Positions 29,300 to 39,157 of a stretch of 64,000 nucleotides of DNA are shown here, in pieces; the first letter of the stretch is position 1, and each line of letters begins with the position of its first letter. The notes beneath the pieces are model-generated. The model worked only from the letters and a program-made list of their open reading frames with translations. It was not told where the DNA came from and did not search any database. Source of the DNA: an uncultured delta proteobacterium. GTDB taxonomy: Bacteria > Desulfobacterota > BSN033 > UBA1163. The stretch lies in assembly GCA_963731045.1 (NCBI GenBank), contig CAVSVC010000010.1, forward strand, positions 3,865 to 67,864, given 5' to 3'. The position numbers and the translations under genes are program-made.

Positions 29300-30091
29300 G
29301 CAGAATCGATCTCACATTTCAAAGGTTACGGAGTGAGGGCCGAACCGCCCTGGTTCCATTTATCGTCGGGGGAGATCCCTCTCTTGATGCCACAGAGGCC
29401 CTGATTCCAAGGATGGCGGAGTGCGGTGCGGATCTCATTGAAATCGGCATCCCCTTTTCCGATCCTCTCGCAGACGGGCCGGTGATTCAGGCAGCCTACC
29501 AGCGGGCCCTGCAAAAAGGGGTCAACCTGCCGGAGATATTTCGCATGGTGCAAAGGTTGAGAGGGAATCTCGACCCCCCTGGTCCTCATGGTCTATTTCA
29601 ATCCCGTTCTCCAGTATGGGTTGAAGACCTTTGCTCAGGACTGCCATCAAAATGGAATCGCGGGAGTCATCATCCCCGATCTCCCTCCGGAGGAAGCCGG
29701 GCCATGGATTCGAGAGGCCAGGCCCTTTGATCTGGATACCATCTTTCTGACGGCTCCGACCAGTTCTCGTGAGCGGATCAGATTGGTGGACAGGTGCAGC
29801 CGCGGATTTATCTACCATGTTTCAGTCACGGGCGTCACCGGGACCCGGGGGGAGCTGCCTGTCGAGCTCGAAGGGGCGGTCAAACAGATAAGAGAATACA
29901 GCAAGAAACCCGTTGCCGTCGGCTTCGGGATTTCCACCCCGGCCCAGGCCAAAGCGGTGAGCCTTTTCGCAGACGGCGTGATCGTAGGAAGCGCGATTGT
30001 GAAGCTCATCGAGGAGCACCGGAATAGTCCGGACTTGATCAGGAACGTCGGTGATTTCGTATCTTCCCTGTCCCGCGGGTTGAAGGCCTGA
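29296..30091 (+). pseudogene. trpA: Tryptophan synthase alpha chain, one frameshift near 29575
   Basis: ALVPFIVGGDPSL...IEIGIPFSDPLADGPVIQ then MVYFNPV...GVTGTR...GFGIS. Confidence 0.85.
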
Positions 30092-30173
30092 CCATTCTCT
30101 TTGGGTTTGAACAGGATCTTTTCCACCCTGGGAACCCATTGAAGGAATCCATTTTATCTCTTATAAGAGGGCG

Positions 30174-30824
30174 ATGGGGAAGCCTCAGCGGTATAAACTT
30201 GCGGTCTTCGATCTCGACGGGACGCTTACGCAGGAGCGGTCCATCTGGGAATACATCCACAAGCGTTTGGGCAAGTGGTACGGATTTGCAGAAGAGTATC
30301 AGAAGCAGTTCCTGGCCGGGAAGATTTCGTACGAGGAATTCTGTCGGCTTGATGCGGAGGTCTGGAAGGGAATGAGGGTTCACGAACTCCTTGAGATCGT
30401 AAAAACCGTACCCTTTCATCCCGGTCTGGACGAACTGGTCCATCATCTGAAAGAGAAAGGCTTGAAGCTCTCCCTGGTTTCTTCCGGCCTCTCCGTTCTT
30501 TCCGACTGGGTCCATGAGAAGTACGGATTTGACTATTCCGTCTCCAACGATCTTCTCCACGAAAACGGCACCCTGACCGGAGAGGTAAGGATTCAGGTCT
30601 ATTATGACAAAAAGGCGGAGTGGGTGGAAAAGATTCTCGCCCGGTTCGGCCTCACATCTGAAGAAAGCCTTGCCATAGGAGACAGCAGGGGAGATCTGGA
30701 TATGTTTCAGAGAGTCGGATTCTCAGTCGCTTTCAACTCTTCCTGCCAGGAGCTGGAGCAGATCGCCAGCCTCTGCATCGATTCACAGAATCTTACAGAG
30801 ATCATCCCGCGACTGCCGCTCTGA
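30174..30824 (+). CDS. HAD-IB family hydrolase (phosphoserine-phosphatase-like)
   Basis: AVFDLDGTLT (motif I), VSSG (motif II) and GDSRGDLDM (motif IV); 216 aa. Confidence 0.7.
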   Translation: MGKPQRYKLAVFDLDGTLTQERSIWEYIHKRLGKWYGFAEEYQKQFLAGKISYEEFCRLDAEVWKGMRVHELLEIVKTVPFHPGLDELVHHLKEKGLKLSLVSSGLSVLSDWVHEKYGFDYSVSNDLLHENGTLTGEVRIQVYYDKKAEWVEKILARFGLTSEESLAIGDSRGDLDMFQRVGFSVAFNSSCQELEQIASLCIDSQNLTEIIPRLPL

Positions 30825-30840
30825 CAGGAAATTGGGAGAA

Positions 30841-30876
30841 TCAAGTCATCAGTGATCAGTGACCAGTCATCAGTTT
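30841..30876 (+). repeat. Periodic heptamer tract (CAGTGAT/CAGTGAC/CAGTCAT) just after the HAD stop
   Basis: tcaagtcatcagtgatcagtgaccagtcatcagttt. Its reverse complement matches 52277..52315 at roughly 28 of 33 positions. Confidence 0.55.
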
Positions 30877-31121
30877 GCCAAGCATATGAAAAGTGTCAGA
30901 AGGCAGTCCATACAGGTTGCCACTATCGAGCACGAAGAGTCATGACGCCAAAGTGTTCGCTCGACGCTGATCTTAACGGGGAGGAATATCCCCTTCGTAA
31001 AGGAGTTCGAGGCAAGGGGTGCGATTTCGAGCAGCAATGCATGGCAAGATCAAGCCTCGATCCCAGCTTCGTCAAACGAGGACTTCCTAATCGCATTCGT
31101 TGAACGGACGAACGGAAGAAT

Positions 31122-31652
31122 ATGGACTGGGAATTGAGATTCATGCAGTGGGGCAATGGGTGGTGGGCCTCTTCGGTCCTTGATGCCGTATTGCCCTGGC
31201 TGACACATCTGGGAAGCCAGGTCGCGGTTGCCGTATTCATCCTGTCCGGCTGGATTGTCACAAAAAAAAGAAAGGTCCTCTACGGTCTGCTCATCCTTTA
31301 CGGCATTCAGTCTTTCATCTTGTACGGGCTGAAATTCTCGATCCGGAGGCAACGGCCTCCTTTTGCCCTGGAGCTGACCTCAAGATTTCCAGGAGGCCCC
31401 GGGGAAATCCTGGACCCCAGTTTCCCCAGTGCTCATACGCTCTATGCCTTCATCATGGCAACCCTTCTGGCCGCGTGGTTTCCGAAATATCGTATCTTCT
31501 TTTTCGTCCTCGCAGCATTCATTGGATGGACCCGGATCTACCTTGGTCTTCACTATCCCACAGACGTGATGATGGGAGGATTGCTCGGCTTCGGAATCAC
31601 CAGATTGTATCTTTCGAGGCTCGATAGTTTCCAGAATCCTTCTCCCATATGA
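31122..31652 (+). CDS. PAP2-family membrane phosphatase
   Basis: KFSIRRQRP...SFPSAHT...TRIYLGLHYPTDV (PAP2 motifs C1-C3). Confidence 0.75.
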   Translation: MDWELRFMQWGNGWWASSVLDAVLPWLTHLGSQVAVAVFILSGWIVTKKRKVLYGLLILYGIQSFILYGLKFSIRRQRPPFALELTSRFPGGPGEILDPSFPSAHTLYAFIMATLLAAWFPKYRIFFFVLAAFIGWTRIYLGLHYPTDVMMGGLLGFGITRLYLSRLDSFQNPSPI

Positions 31653-31677
31653 TTCCTTCCGTAAGGGCCGCAGTCTT

Positions 31678-32067
31678 TCACTTCTTTTTTTCCGGATGAC
31701 ACTCCTTGCAGGGTTTGAACGTGTTTTCGTGGTGACAGCTGCTGTAGCACCAGTCAACCTCAGGCTTTCGAAGGGCGGCACGATCACTCTCGCTTGGCGG
31801 CACCGAATGCGGCTGATGACAGTTGCTGCATTCCGGAATCGCCTTCGCCTCTTTCGAATCGTGCGGTACAAACCTGTGTGGCGTGATCTTCTCTCCACTT
31901 GGCGCCGCATAGCTGGGTGCTGATGCGGCAAGTTTATCGAACGGCCCGTGGCAATCCAGACAATCGCCCTTAGGGACCGGGGCTGCAGGTGAGATCGAAA
32001 CCCCCAGACACAGCGCCTGCCAGGCTACAAAAACCATGAGACCAACGAATTGAATCTTTCTTTTCAT
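31678..32067 (-). CDS. Small periplasmic multihaem cytochrome c (four haem sites)
   Basis: Signal peptide MKRKIQFVGLMVFVAWQALC; CLDCH, CSNCH and CKECH, plus a CYSSCH (CxxxCH) site. Confidence 0.75.
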   Translation of the reverse strand: MKRKIQFVGLMVFVAWQALCLGVSISPAAPVPKGDCLDCHGPFDKLAASAPSYAAPSGEKITPHRFVPHDSKEAKAIPECSNCHQPHSVPPSESDRAALRKPEVDWCYSSCHHENTFKPCKECHPEKKK

Positions 32068-32407
32068 GTGTTGAGGAGAATGCTTTCCGCTCACGCGGCA
32101 GAAGGCATTTGCGGTTCACGATGCTCATCTATTCAGATGCATCTCGATCCTCCCTTCGATGCTGCCGCCGTAGGCAGATGTGCCGAGCGGATGACGTTCC
32201 TCATCTCGGGATGTGCGCTCGAAAACAGCAGATGCCTCTCTGCTTCACACGTCAGAAAGGCATCTGCCGCTTCACGGAAGTCAACTCATCGGCTCCCCGG
32301 CATAAATGCCGGAGCTTGCTCAGAGTATACCCTGAGCGGCGCTTCCTATCCCCGCCTTCAAAGGCGGGGCTTCGCGCCGTCGAACGGACGAATTCACGGT
32401 CCAGTCG

Positions 32408-34198
32408 CTACATCGTCTTTTCCTCCGCGGCGATCTTCCCGGCGATGTAACCCTGGCAGGCGGCTCTGGCCAGACCGTGCTGACTGAACCCGCCGGCGGA
32501 TTCGCCGCCGCAGTAGAGTCCCGGTATGACCTGACCGCTCATGTCCTGCACCTGACACTTGGCGTTGATCCTCAGACCGGCACGTGCATCGTGAACGATG
32601 GGTGTTGCCCAGGCCGCGTAGAATGGCGGTTTCGCAATCTTGAATTTGGGAGCGGGCTTTCCAAAATCGGCGTCCGTTCCCGCATCCACAAACTTGTTGT
32701 ACCTGTCCACGGTCTCTTCCAGATTCTTCACAGGCATGCGGACGCGCTGAAACTTCATGACGATCTTATTCGCCAATTCCGAAAGCGTATCCGCGCTGAA
32801 AAAGAAACCCCCTTCAATATCCACATTGGGAGGTACGGGTCTCCATCTCTGCCGGGTTACGGCCTCGGCATCGAAGATCGCCCAGATCGGTCCGCCTCCG
32901 TTATGTTCGTCTCCGATTCCAGCCAGGGCCGCATTGATGAAGTTTCTGGGAGCATACTTGATGTTCGAAGCGTTCAGGTAACTGCCGTGCACATAGGGCT
33001 TGATGTCTCCCGCGTTGTTTGCAGTGAACTGGTCTCCGGTCTCATCATAGAATCGCTGACCGAGCATGTTTACGAGGATGACGTTCTGCCAGTCGGAGAC
33101 CCGCAGTCCGGAGGCCCGGGCAAGTTTGAAAACGGGGCTGCCCGGCATCCACTGCAGGTTGCGATAATTGTATTGGCACCCCACCATGCCCGGTTTCGTA
33201 ATATTCGAGCCGAATTCTCCGGTCTGGTTGTAGAGTCCCCAGAGCGAGGCTCCGATCGCCATGGCGGCAATTTCTCCGCTGGCATCCTGATCGGACCACG
33301 GCATACCCGATAGGCCGCAGTACTCCTCGGTGAGGCGAGGGTCGAACATGCACCGGAAATTCACGTTCCCGGTAAACCCGCCGGTGGCGATGATGACGGC
33401 TTTCTTCGCACGGATGTTCAGCTTGCCGCCTTTGTGGTCGACTGCGATTCCAAGCACCCGGCCGGAATTCGGGTTCTGCCGGTAAATGCTCGTCATCCTG
33501 TGCTCGAGCATGATTTCGACGCCCGCTTTCTTTGCCGCGACTTCCAGGGGCCGCATGAGGCCGTTACCGGAGGAGGTTTTCGCCTGCACAGTGGGGTCCG
33601 CCGGTTTGCCTGTCTGGACCATCGGCCAGTCCATCACGGCTGAATGCATCTCCCGGGGAACCGAGTTCCCGACGGAAATTCCGCCCAGCCTGTCCGGGGG
33701 CTGGTCTATAAAGATCACCCCATGGGCGACCAGCCATTCAAAGGTCGGAGCGCTGTTGTCGGCAAAGGCCCGGATAATCTCTTTGTCGTTATACCGATAA
33801 TCCGGGAATCCGTTGGGTTGGACGACGGACCAGTCGGTCAGGTCCCGGAAAAGCAGATCCGGGGAATCTTCGATACCGGCCTTTTTCTGGGCGCTCGTCC
33901 CGCCCCCCAGTGGAACATTCCCGCCGCTCGTGATAGCGTGACCTCCGATATCGGGTTCCGCTTCCACAAGGATCACTTTCGATCCCGCTTCCTGGGCCAC
34001 GATCGCAGCGGGAAGTCCCATAGCCCCTGCACCGATCACGACAACATCCGCCTCTTTGTCCCATCGGGTTGGGGTTCCCTGGGCGGACGCAGGGGATTGG
34101 GTAATGAGACCGCCTGCCGCGGCGATCGCGGTTGCACCGGCTGCCCGTTTGAAAAACTGGCGCCGGGTGATCCGGTTCCTCGTTTCCTCTTTTGACAT
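32408..34198 (-). CDS. TAT-exported FAD-dependent oxidoreductase of the fumarate-reductase / flavocytochrome-c flavoprotein family
   Basis: AGGAGGG lies before ATG 34198. Twin-arginine signal TRRQFFKRAAGATAIAAAG...ASAQG; VVVIGAGAMGLPAAI...LVEAEPDIGG dinucleotide fold; LYCGGESAGG near the C-terminus. Confidence 0.8.
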   Translation of the reverse strand: MSKEETRNRITRRQFFKRAAGATAIAAAGGLITQSPASAQGTPTRWDKEADVVVIGAGAMGLPAAIVAQEAGSKVILVEAEPDIGGHAITSGGNVPLGGGTSAQKKAGIEDSPDLLFRDLTDWSVVQPNGFPDYRYNDKEIIRAFADNSAPTFEWLVAHGVIFIDQPPDRLGGISVGNSVPREMHSAVMDWPMVQTGKPADPTVQAKTSSGNGLMRPLEVAAKKAGVEIMLEHRMTSIYRQNPNSGRVLGIAVDHKGGKLNIRAKKAVIIATGGFTGNVNFRCMFDPRLTEEYCGLSGMPWSDQDASGEIAAMAIGASLWGLYNQTGEFGSNITKPGMVGCQYNYRNLQWMPGSPVFKLARASGLRVSDWQNVILVNMLGQRFYDETGDQFTANNAGDIKPYVHGSYLNASNIKYAPRNFINAALAGIGDEHNGGGPIWAIFDAEAVTRQRWRPVPPNVDIEGGFFFSADTLSELANKIVMKFQRVRMPVKNLEETVDRYNKFVDAGTDADFGKPAPKFKIAKPPFYAAWATPIVHDARAGLRINAKCQVQDMSGQVIPGLYCGGESAGGFSQHGLARAACQGYIAGKIAAEEKTM

Positions 34199-34918
34199 CT
34201 TTGTCCCTCCTTTCAAGTATCCGGTGTTAGGAAAGCAAACTTCCATCCCCGCCCTCGACAGCGAGCCGGGAGTTGCCCGTTGCCGCATCGAGAATCCGTG
34301 TCCCTTAAATTATACTGCCGTTCCTGACCTGAAGCAAAGCAAATTCGTTTGCAGCCAGTAACCGCTCTATTCTGGGAAATCTTTGCACCGGCGGCGGAAG
34401 ACAGTTCCCCGGGGGCGGGGTCCGATCGCCCGGAGCGTTTCAGTGGCGGAACCTTTCCTGAAAAGAGCATTGTGTTCCAATGGGCTACAGGTCCCGCTAT
34501 CGGCACGATCACTTCGTTACCTCACCTGTCAATCGATTCGCCTTCTGGAACGTGAGGACGGATCGGGCCGCTTCCGGGGAACACCCTGCCTCAATATCTC
34601 CGGCATAAGTTCATGTGAAATAAAATTCTTGCTTGACGCTTTTTAATTGGATAAGATTTTCAGAATACACCTTGGTGGGGTGGGATTCTTCAGCTCCGAT
34701 CATCCGTGTCTATCTTCAATTTTCATCCGGTTGATGAAAAAAAGGTGAAGTCTATCCGGTTCACATTCTTTGAGGAAAGGAGGTGAAGATCGGAGTCGTC
34801 GGCCGATGTGAAGGGGGGATAGTCTCCGCGCTCAGCCTTCGTCTATTTTTTTTAGAAACAATCCGAGGGGCAGTCAGGGGAATAGGTTCTTTATAAACCT
34901 TTGAGAAAGGGGAAGAGT

Positions 34919-36121
34919 ATGAAGAAAAGCTGGATCGTTCTGCTTGGCATTTTCTTATGTCTGACCTTAAACGGCCCGGGATGGGCCTCTCACAAGATCG
35001 GTTTCGTAGCAGCCATCACAGGCCCTGCCTCCTTCCTGGGAGAACCTGAGAAGGAGACCGCACAGATGGTGCAGGATTGGATCAACAAGGCGGGTGGAAT
35101 CAAAGGCACCCCCCTTGAGATCGTCATCGAAGATTCAAAAGGCGTAGAGGCCGACGGTGTCCTGCTGACCAAGAAATTGATCGAAAAGGAAAAGGTCCTC
35201 GTTGTGATCGGCGAGTCCACCACCGGCGTTTCCATGGCCATGGTCCCCATCTGCGAAAAAGCCGAAACCCCCATGATCTCCATGGCCGCAGCCCTCTCGA
35301 TTGTCACCCCTGAAGACGAGACGAAGCGGATCGAAGCCTCTCAGAAACCGTGGCTGGAAGTCCCGAAGAAGCAGCGTCACTGGATTTTCAAAACCCCCCA
35401 GGCCGATGCCTCCGCCGTGGAAAAGATCTACATGTACTGCCAGGCCAAGAATATTAAGAAGGTCGCCATCATCACGGTCAGCGTCGGCTTCGGTGTGGAA
35501 GGCCGGAGACAGTTGAAACGATTCGCTCCCAAATACGGGATCGAAATCGTTGCCGACGAACTTTATGGCGGGAGGGACACGGACATGACTGCCCAGCTGA
35601 CCAAGATCAAGGCCTCTCCGGCCCAGGCTGTCATCAACTGGTCCATCGGTCCTCCTCAGGTGATCGTGACCAAGAACTGGCACGACCTCGGGATGAGAGG
35701 CAAAATCCCCTTAATCCAGAGTCACGGCTGGGGAAGCAAAGGGAACATTCGGCTGGCCGGACCGGCTTCCGAGGGGGTCATGGCGCCCCTGGGTCGGGTT
35801 GTCTTCGCTGAAAAAGTGGACCCAAAACATCCCCAGAAAGAGGTGATCACGAAGTACAAGACAGAATATGAGAGCCGCTACAAGAAAGATGTCTCCACCT
35901 TCGGCGGCCATGGGTACGATGCCCTCATGATGGCGGTCGATGCCCTGAAGGCGGTTGGCCCGGACAAGAAGAAGATCAGGGACTACCTCGAAACAAAGAT
36001 CCGGTATTGGCCGGGAACCGGGGGCATGTTCAACATCTCCCCGACGGATCACACGGGCCTTGGGCCGGATGCCTTCGAAATGACCGAAGTCGTCAAGGGG
36101 GAGTGGGAGTTGGTAAAATAG
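34919..36121 (+). CDS. ABC transporter substrate-binding protein, Leu/Ile/Val-binding (type 1 PBP) family
   Basis: Signal peptide MKKSWIVLLGIFLCL...; IGFVAAITGPASFLGEPEKE...; followed by livHMGF-type genes. Confidence 0.85.
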   Translation: MKKSWIVLLGIFLCLTLNGPGWASHKIGFVAAITGPASFLGEPEKETAQMVQDWINKAGGIKGTPLEIVIEDSKGVEADGVLLTKKLIEKEKVLVVIGESTTGVSMAMVPICEKAETPMISMAAALSIVTPEDETKRIEASQKPWLEVPKKQRHWIFKTPQADASAVEKIYMYCQAKNIKKVAIITVSVGFGVEGRRQLKRFAPKYGIEIVADELYGGRDTDMTAQLTKIKASPAQAVINWSIGPPQVIVTKNWHDLGMRGKIPLIQSHGWGSKGNIRLAGPASEGVMAPLGRVVFAEKVDPKHPQKEVITKYKTEYESRYKKDVSTFGGHGYDALMMAVDALKAVGPDKKKIRDYLETKIRYWPGTGGMFNISPTDHTGLGPDAFEMTEVVKGEWELVK

Positions 36122-36426
36122 AAAAGGGAAAAGAGAGGCGGGATGTGCCATGATCCTGAAAACCGCCATGCTAACTTTTCGCAGATGTTGTGATATCGGA
36201 GCCCGGGCGGGGGTACTTCCAAACCCTTCGGCAAGTCGCGGATTTTATGAAAATGAAGGGTGACACGAGGACCTACACTTTAAGTTGAAGTCCCGGTTGT
36301 TGCCCGGAAACGCCTGGAGTCGCACTCCTAAATGTGCCGCTGCAAGGCTTTTCCAGCACCGCCGCCCGGTTTCAAGATACTGGTCTTATTGCAACTGGCG
36401 GATTTCCTCGTGTAGGACCGACAAGA

Positions 36427-37320
36427 ATGAGTCTTTTCAGCCAGCTTCTTCAATTCCTTTTTACCGGGTTAACGATCGGGGCGATCTATGCCATGGTCGG
36501 CCTGGGGTTCAACATCATCTATAACGCCACGACCATCATCAATCTGGCCCAGGGAGAATTTGTCATGTTCGGGGGATTGATCATGGTCTTTTTTACCGCG
36601 GTGCTGAAACTTCCCCTCCTCATCGCATTCCCTCTCACCATCATCGCGGTGACGGTTGTGGGGGTCCTCTTCGAACGCCTCGCCATTCGGCCGTTGAGGA
36701 ACGCCTCCCTGTTGACGCTGATTATCGTCACGATTGCAGCGTCGATTCTCTTCCGGGGCGTGGCCATGTTCGTCTGGGGAAAGGACCCCTATATGCTTCC
36801 TCCTTTCACCTCCGGGAGCCCGGTGATGATTGGAGGAGCGGTGATCATGCTTCAGACCTTCTGGGTCCTGGGCACGGCCCTGGCCATCGTCATCCTGATG
36901 GCTCTCTTTTTTGGAAAAACGATCGTCGGAAAAGCCATGAGCGCCTGTTCATTCAATCCCACGGCCGCAAGCCTGGTGGGCATCCCGGTGAGGAAAATGA
37001 TCCTTCTCTCCTTTGCCCTGAGCGCCGGCCTGGGTGCGGTGGCAGGGATCGTCATCACACCCATCTCCCTGATGGATTACGATCGGGGTCCCATGCTGGC
37101 GGTCAAAGGATTCTGTGCGGCGGTCCTGGGAGGCCTGGGTGTCGGCTACGGGGCGATCGCCGGAGGTTTCATCCTCGGGATCCTCGAATCCATGACCGCG
37201 GGCCTGGTTCATTCCGGATTCAAAGATGCGATCGCCCTGGTGATCCTCCTGTTCATTCTCTGCCTCAAACCGAGTGGCGTGTTCGGAAGCAAAGAACTCA
37301 ACAAGATAAAGAAATTCTAA
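36427..37320 (+). CDS. livH: Branched-chain amino-acid ABC permease (LivH type)
   Basis: MSLFSQLLQFLFTGLTIGAIYAMVGLGFNIIYNATTIINLAQGEF. ATG 36427 is preferred over the longer track ORF. Confidence 0.85.
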   Translation: MSLFSQLLQFLFTGLTIGAIYAMVGLGFNIIYNATTIINLAQGEFVMFGGLIMVFFTAVLKLPLLIAFPLTIIAVTVVGVLFERLAIRPLRNASLLTLIIVTIAASILFRGVAMFVWGKDPYMLPPFTSGSPVMIGGAVIMLQTFWVLGTALAIVILMALFFGKTIVGKAMSACSFNPTAASLVGIPVRKMILLSFALSAGLGAVAGIVITPISLMDYDRGPMLAVKGFCAAVLGGLGVGYGAIAGGFILGILESMTAGLVHSGFKDAIALVILLFILCLKPSGVFGSKELNKIKKF

Positions 37321-37436
37321 TCATCAGGGTAAGGTTGAGTTTCAAGTTAAGCTTTAAAACCAAGGCGAATCCATATCTCAAGTGAGAGAAACATATCTTG
37401 AGATTAGGTCATGTAAGAACCTAATCGGAGGGTTGG

Positions 37437-38378
37437 ATGGGAAAGGCAAATCGTCGAGCCCTGATCGTTCTATCGATCGGTCTCGGCCTCCTTCCCGTTT
37501 TTATTTCAAGTGACTATTACCTGAGCATCCTGATCTTCATCGGGATCAACGCCATCGCCGCAATGGGATTGAGCCTGCTGATGGGTTATGCCGGCCAGAT
37601 CTCTCTGGGGCATGCCGCCTTTTTCGGAATCGGGGCCTATTGCAGCGGCGTCTTCACGGTCAAATTCGGGATCCCGGTCTTTTGGGCATTCGTGTGCGGC
37701 ATCCTTCTGTCGGCGATCATGGCGATCGCCATCGCCGTCCCCACGTTGAAGCTGAAAGGCCACTACCTGGCTGTTGCTACACTCGGTTTCGGTGAGATCA
37801 TCTTCATCCTCTTCAATGAACTTCTGGACCTGACCGGAGGCCCCTCCGGGCTCTCCGGTATCCCTCCCGCCGAACTCCTCGGTTTTGCCGTGACAGGGAG
37901 TACGTCGTTCTTCTATCTGGTCTGGATCCTTTTTCTGGTCCTCCTCGTTTTTTCACTGAACGTCATCCACTCAAGAATGGGAAGGGCCCTTCGGGCCGTT
38001 CATGGAAGCGACCTCGCCGCAGAGGCCATGGGGATCGATGTCAGCCGGCTCAAAGTTCAGGTCTTTGTGCTCAGCGCCATTTATGCCTCCATTGCGGGAT
38101 CGCTCTATGCCCATTTCGTCACGTTCATCAGTCCTCCCACATTCGGACTCTTTGCCTCCATCCTGCTCTTGATGATGGTGGTGATCGGCGGCAGCGGAAG
38201 TATCTGGGGGGCCCTGCTCGGGGCCGGGATCCTGACCCTTCTTCCGGAGTATTTAAGAGCCCTGAAGGATTTTGATATCCTGGTGTACGGAATCATCCTG
38301 GTCGTCATCCTTCTCTTTATGCCCGAGGGAATCTTCAAAGGACTGACCGTACTCACGAAACGGTGGAGAAAAAAATGA
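37437..38378 (+). CDS. livM: Branched-chain amino-acid ABC permease (LivM type)
   Basis: GYAGQISLGHAAFFGIGAY and multiple TM segments. Confidence 0.85.
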   Translation: MGKANRRALIVLSIGLGLLPVFISSDYYLSILIFIGINAIAAMGLSLLMGYAGQISLGHAAFFGIGAYCSGVFTVKFGIPVFWAFVCGILLSAIMAIAIAVPTLKLKGHYLAVATLGFGEIIFILFNELLDLTGGPSGLSGIPPAELLGFAVTGSTSFFYLVWILFLVLLVFSLNVIHSRMGRALRAVHGSDLAAEAMGIDVSRLKVQVFVLSAIYASIAGSLYAHFVTFISPPTFGLFASILLLMMVVIGGSGSIWGALLGAGILTLLPEYLRALKDFDILVYGIILVVILLFMPEGIFKGLTVLTKRWRKK

Positions 38379-39157
38379 GTCTCCCCTCTCCTCTCATCGA
38401 GATCAGGCGGTTAAGGAAGGCCTTCGGAGGGCTGATGGCGATCATGGACCTCAGTTTCGACGTCACGGCCGGCCAGATCAAGGCCGTGATCGGACCCAAT
38501 GGCGCGGGGAAGACAACCCTCTTCAATCTCATCACCGGAATCTTTCCCCCCTCGGAAGGCTCGGTTCGGTTCCAGGGGAAGACGATCAGCGGGACGAAGC
38601 CTCATGCCATCGCACGGCAGGGCGTCTCCCGGACCTTTCAAACGGTTGAGCTTTTCGGCAATATGACCGTTCTCGAAAACGTCATGGCAGGCTGTCACCT
38701 CTGGACAGGGATGGGATTGTTCCGATCGGGTCTGAGACTCCCGGGAGTCAAAAAAGAGGAACGGCTCATCATCGAAGCCGCTCAGGAGAAGCTGCTTCTC
38801 ACGGGACTCCTCGACAAGGCGGAGGAGCCGGCCTCCGGATTGCCTCTCGGTGAGCAGAAACTGCTTGAAGTCGCCCGGGCCCTGGCAACCCGTCCGAAAC
38901 TGATTCTCCTCGATGAACCTGCAGGAGGCCTCAACGAAACGGAGATCTTGAGGATGGCGGAGATCGTCAGAAAAATCCGCGACCGGGGAATGACGGTGCT
39001 TCTCGTGGAGCACCACATGGATCTGGTCATGGGGGTTTCAGATGAGATCGTCGTTCTCAATTATGGGGAGAAGATTGCCGAGGGAAGCCCCGAAGAGATC
39101 AGGAACGATCGGAAGGTGATCGACGCCTACCTCGGAGAGGAAGTGGACTATGCTTGA
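38375..39157 (+). CDS. livG: ABC ATP-binding protein (LivG type)
   Basis: GPNGAGKTT, LSGGQ-like LPLGEQKLLEV and LLDEPAGG; ATGA overlap with livM. Confidence 0.85.
   Translation: MSLPSPLIEIRRLRKAFGGLMAIMDLSFDVTAGQIKAVIGPNGAGKTTLFNLITGIFPPSEGSVRFQGKTISGTKPHAIARQGVSRTFQTVELFGNMTVLENVMAGCHLWTGMGLFRSGLRLPGVKKEERLIIEAAQEKLLLTGLLDKAEEPASGLPLGEQKLLEVARALATRPKLILLDEPAGGLNETEILRMAEIVRKIRDRGMTVLLVEHHMDLVMGVSDEIVVLNYGEKIAEGSPEEIRNDRKVIDAYLGEEVDYA

Noticed and set aside
30852-31103. 83-aa plus-strand ORF (and the overlapping 112-aa minus ORF) in the gap between the HAD and PAP2 genes.
   Set aside because: There is no RBS, the composition looks odd, and the region overlaps repeat or hairpin sequence similar to 32290..32400. 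This is most likely non-coding.
34640-34918. Looked for a Leu/Ile/Val leader peptide or T-box upstream of the liv-type ABC operon. The region has a T8 run at 34843-34851, the hairpin TTTTCATC-cggt-GATGAAAA at about 34719-34738 and duplicated ATCCGGTT.
   Set aside because: The only short ORFs are 4-19 codons with no run of branched-chain codons and poor start contexts. The T-run is not preceded by a convincing GC stem. No T-box specifier or antiterminator pattern was recognised.
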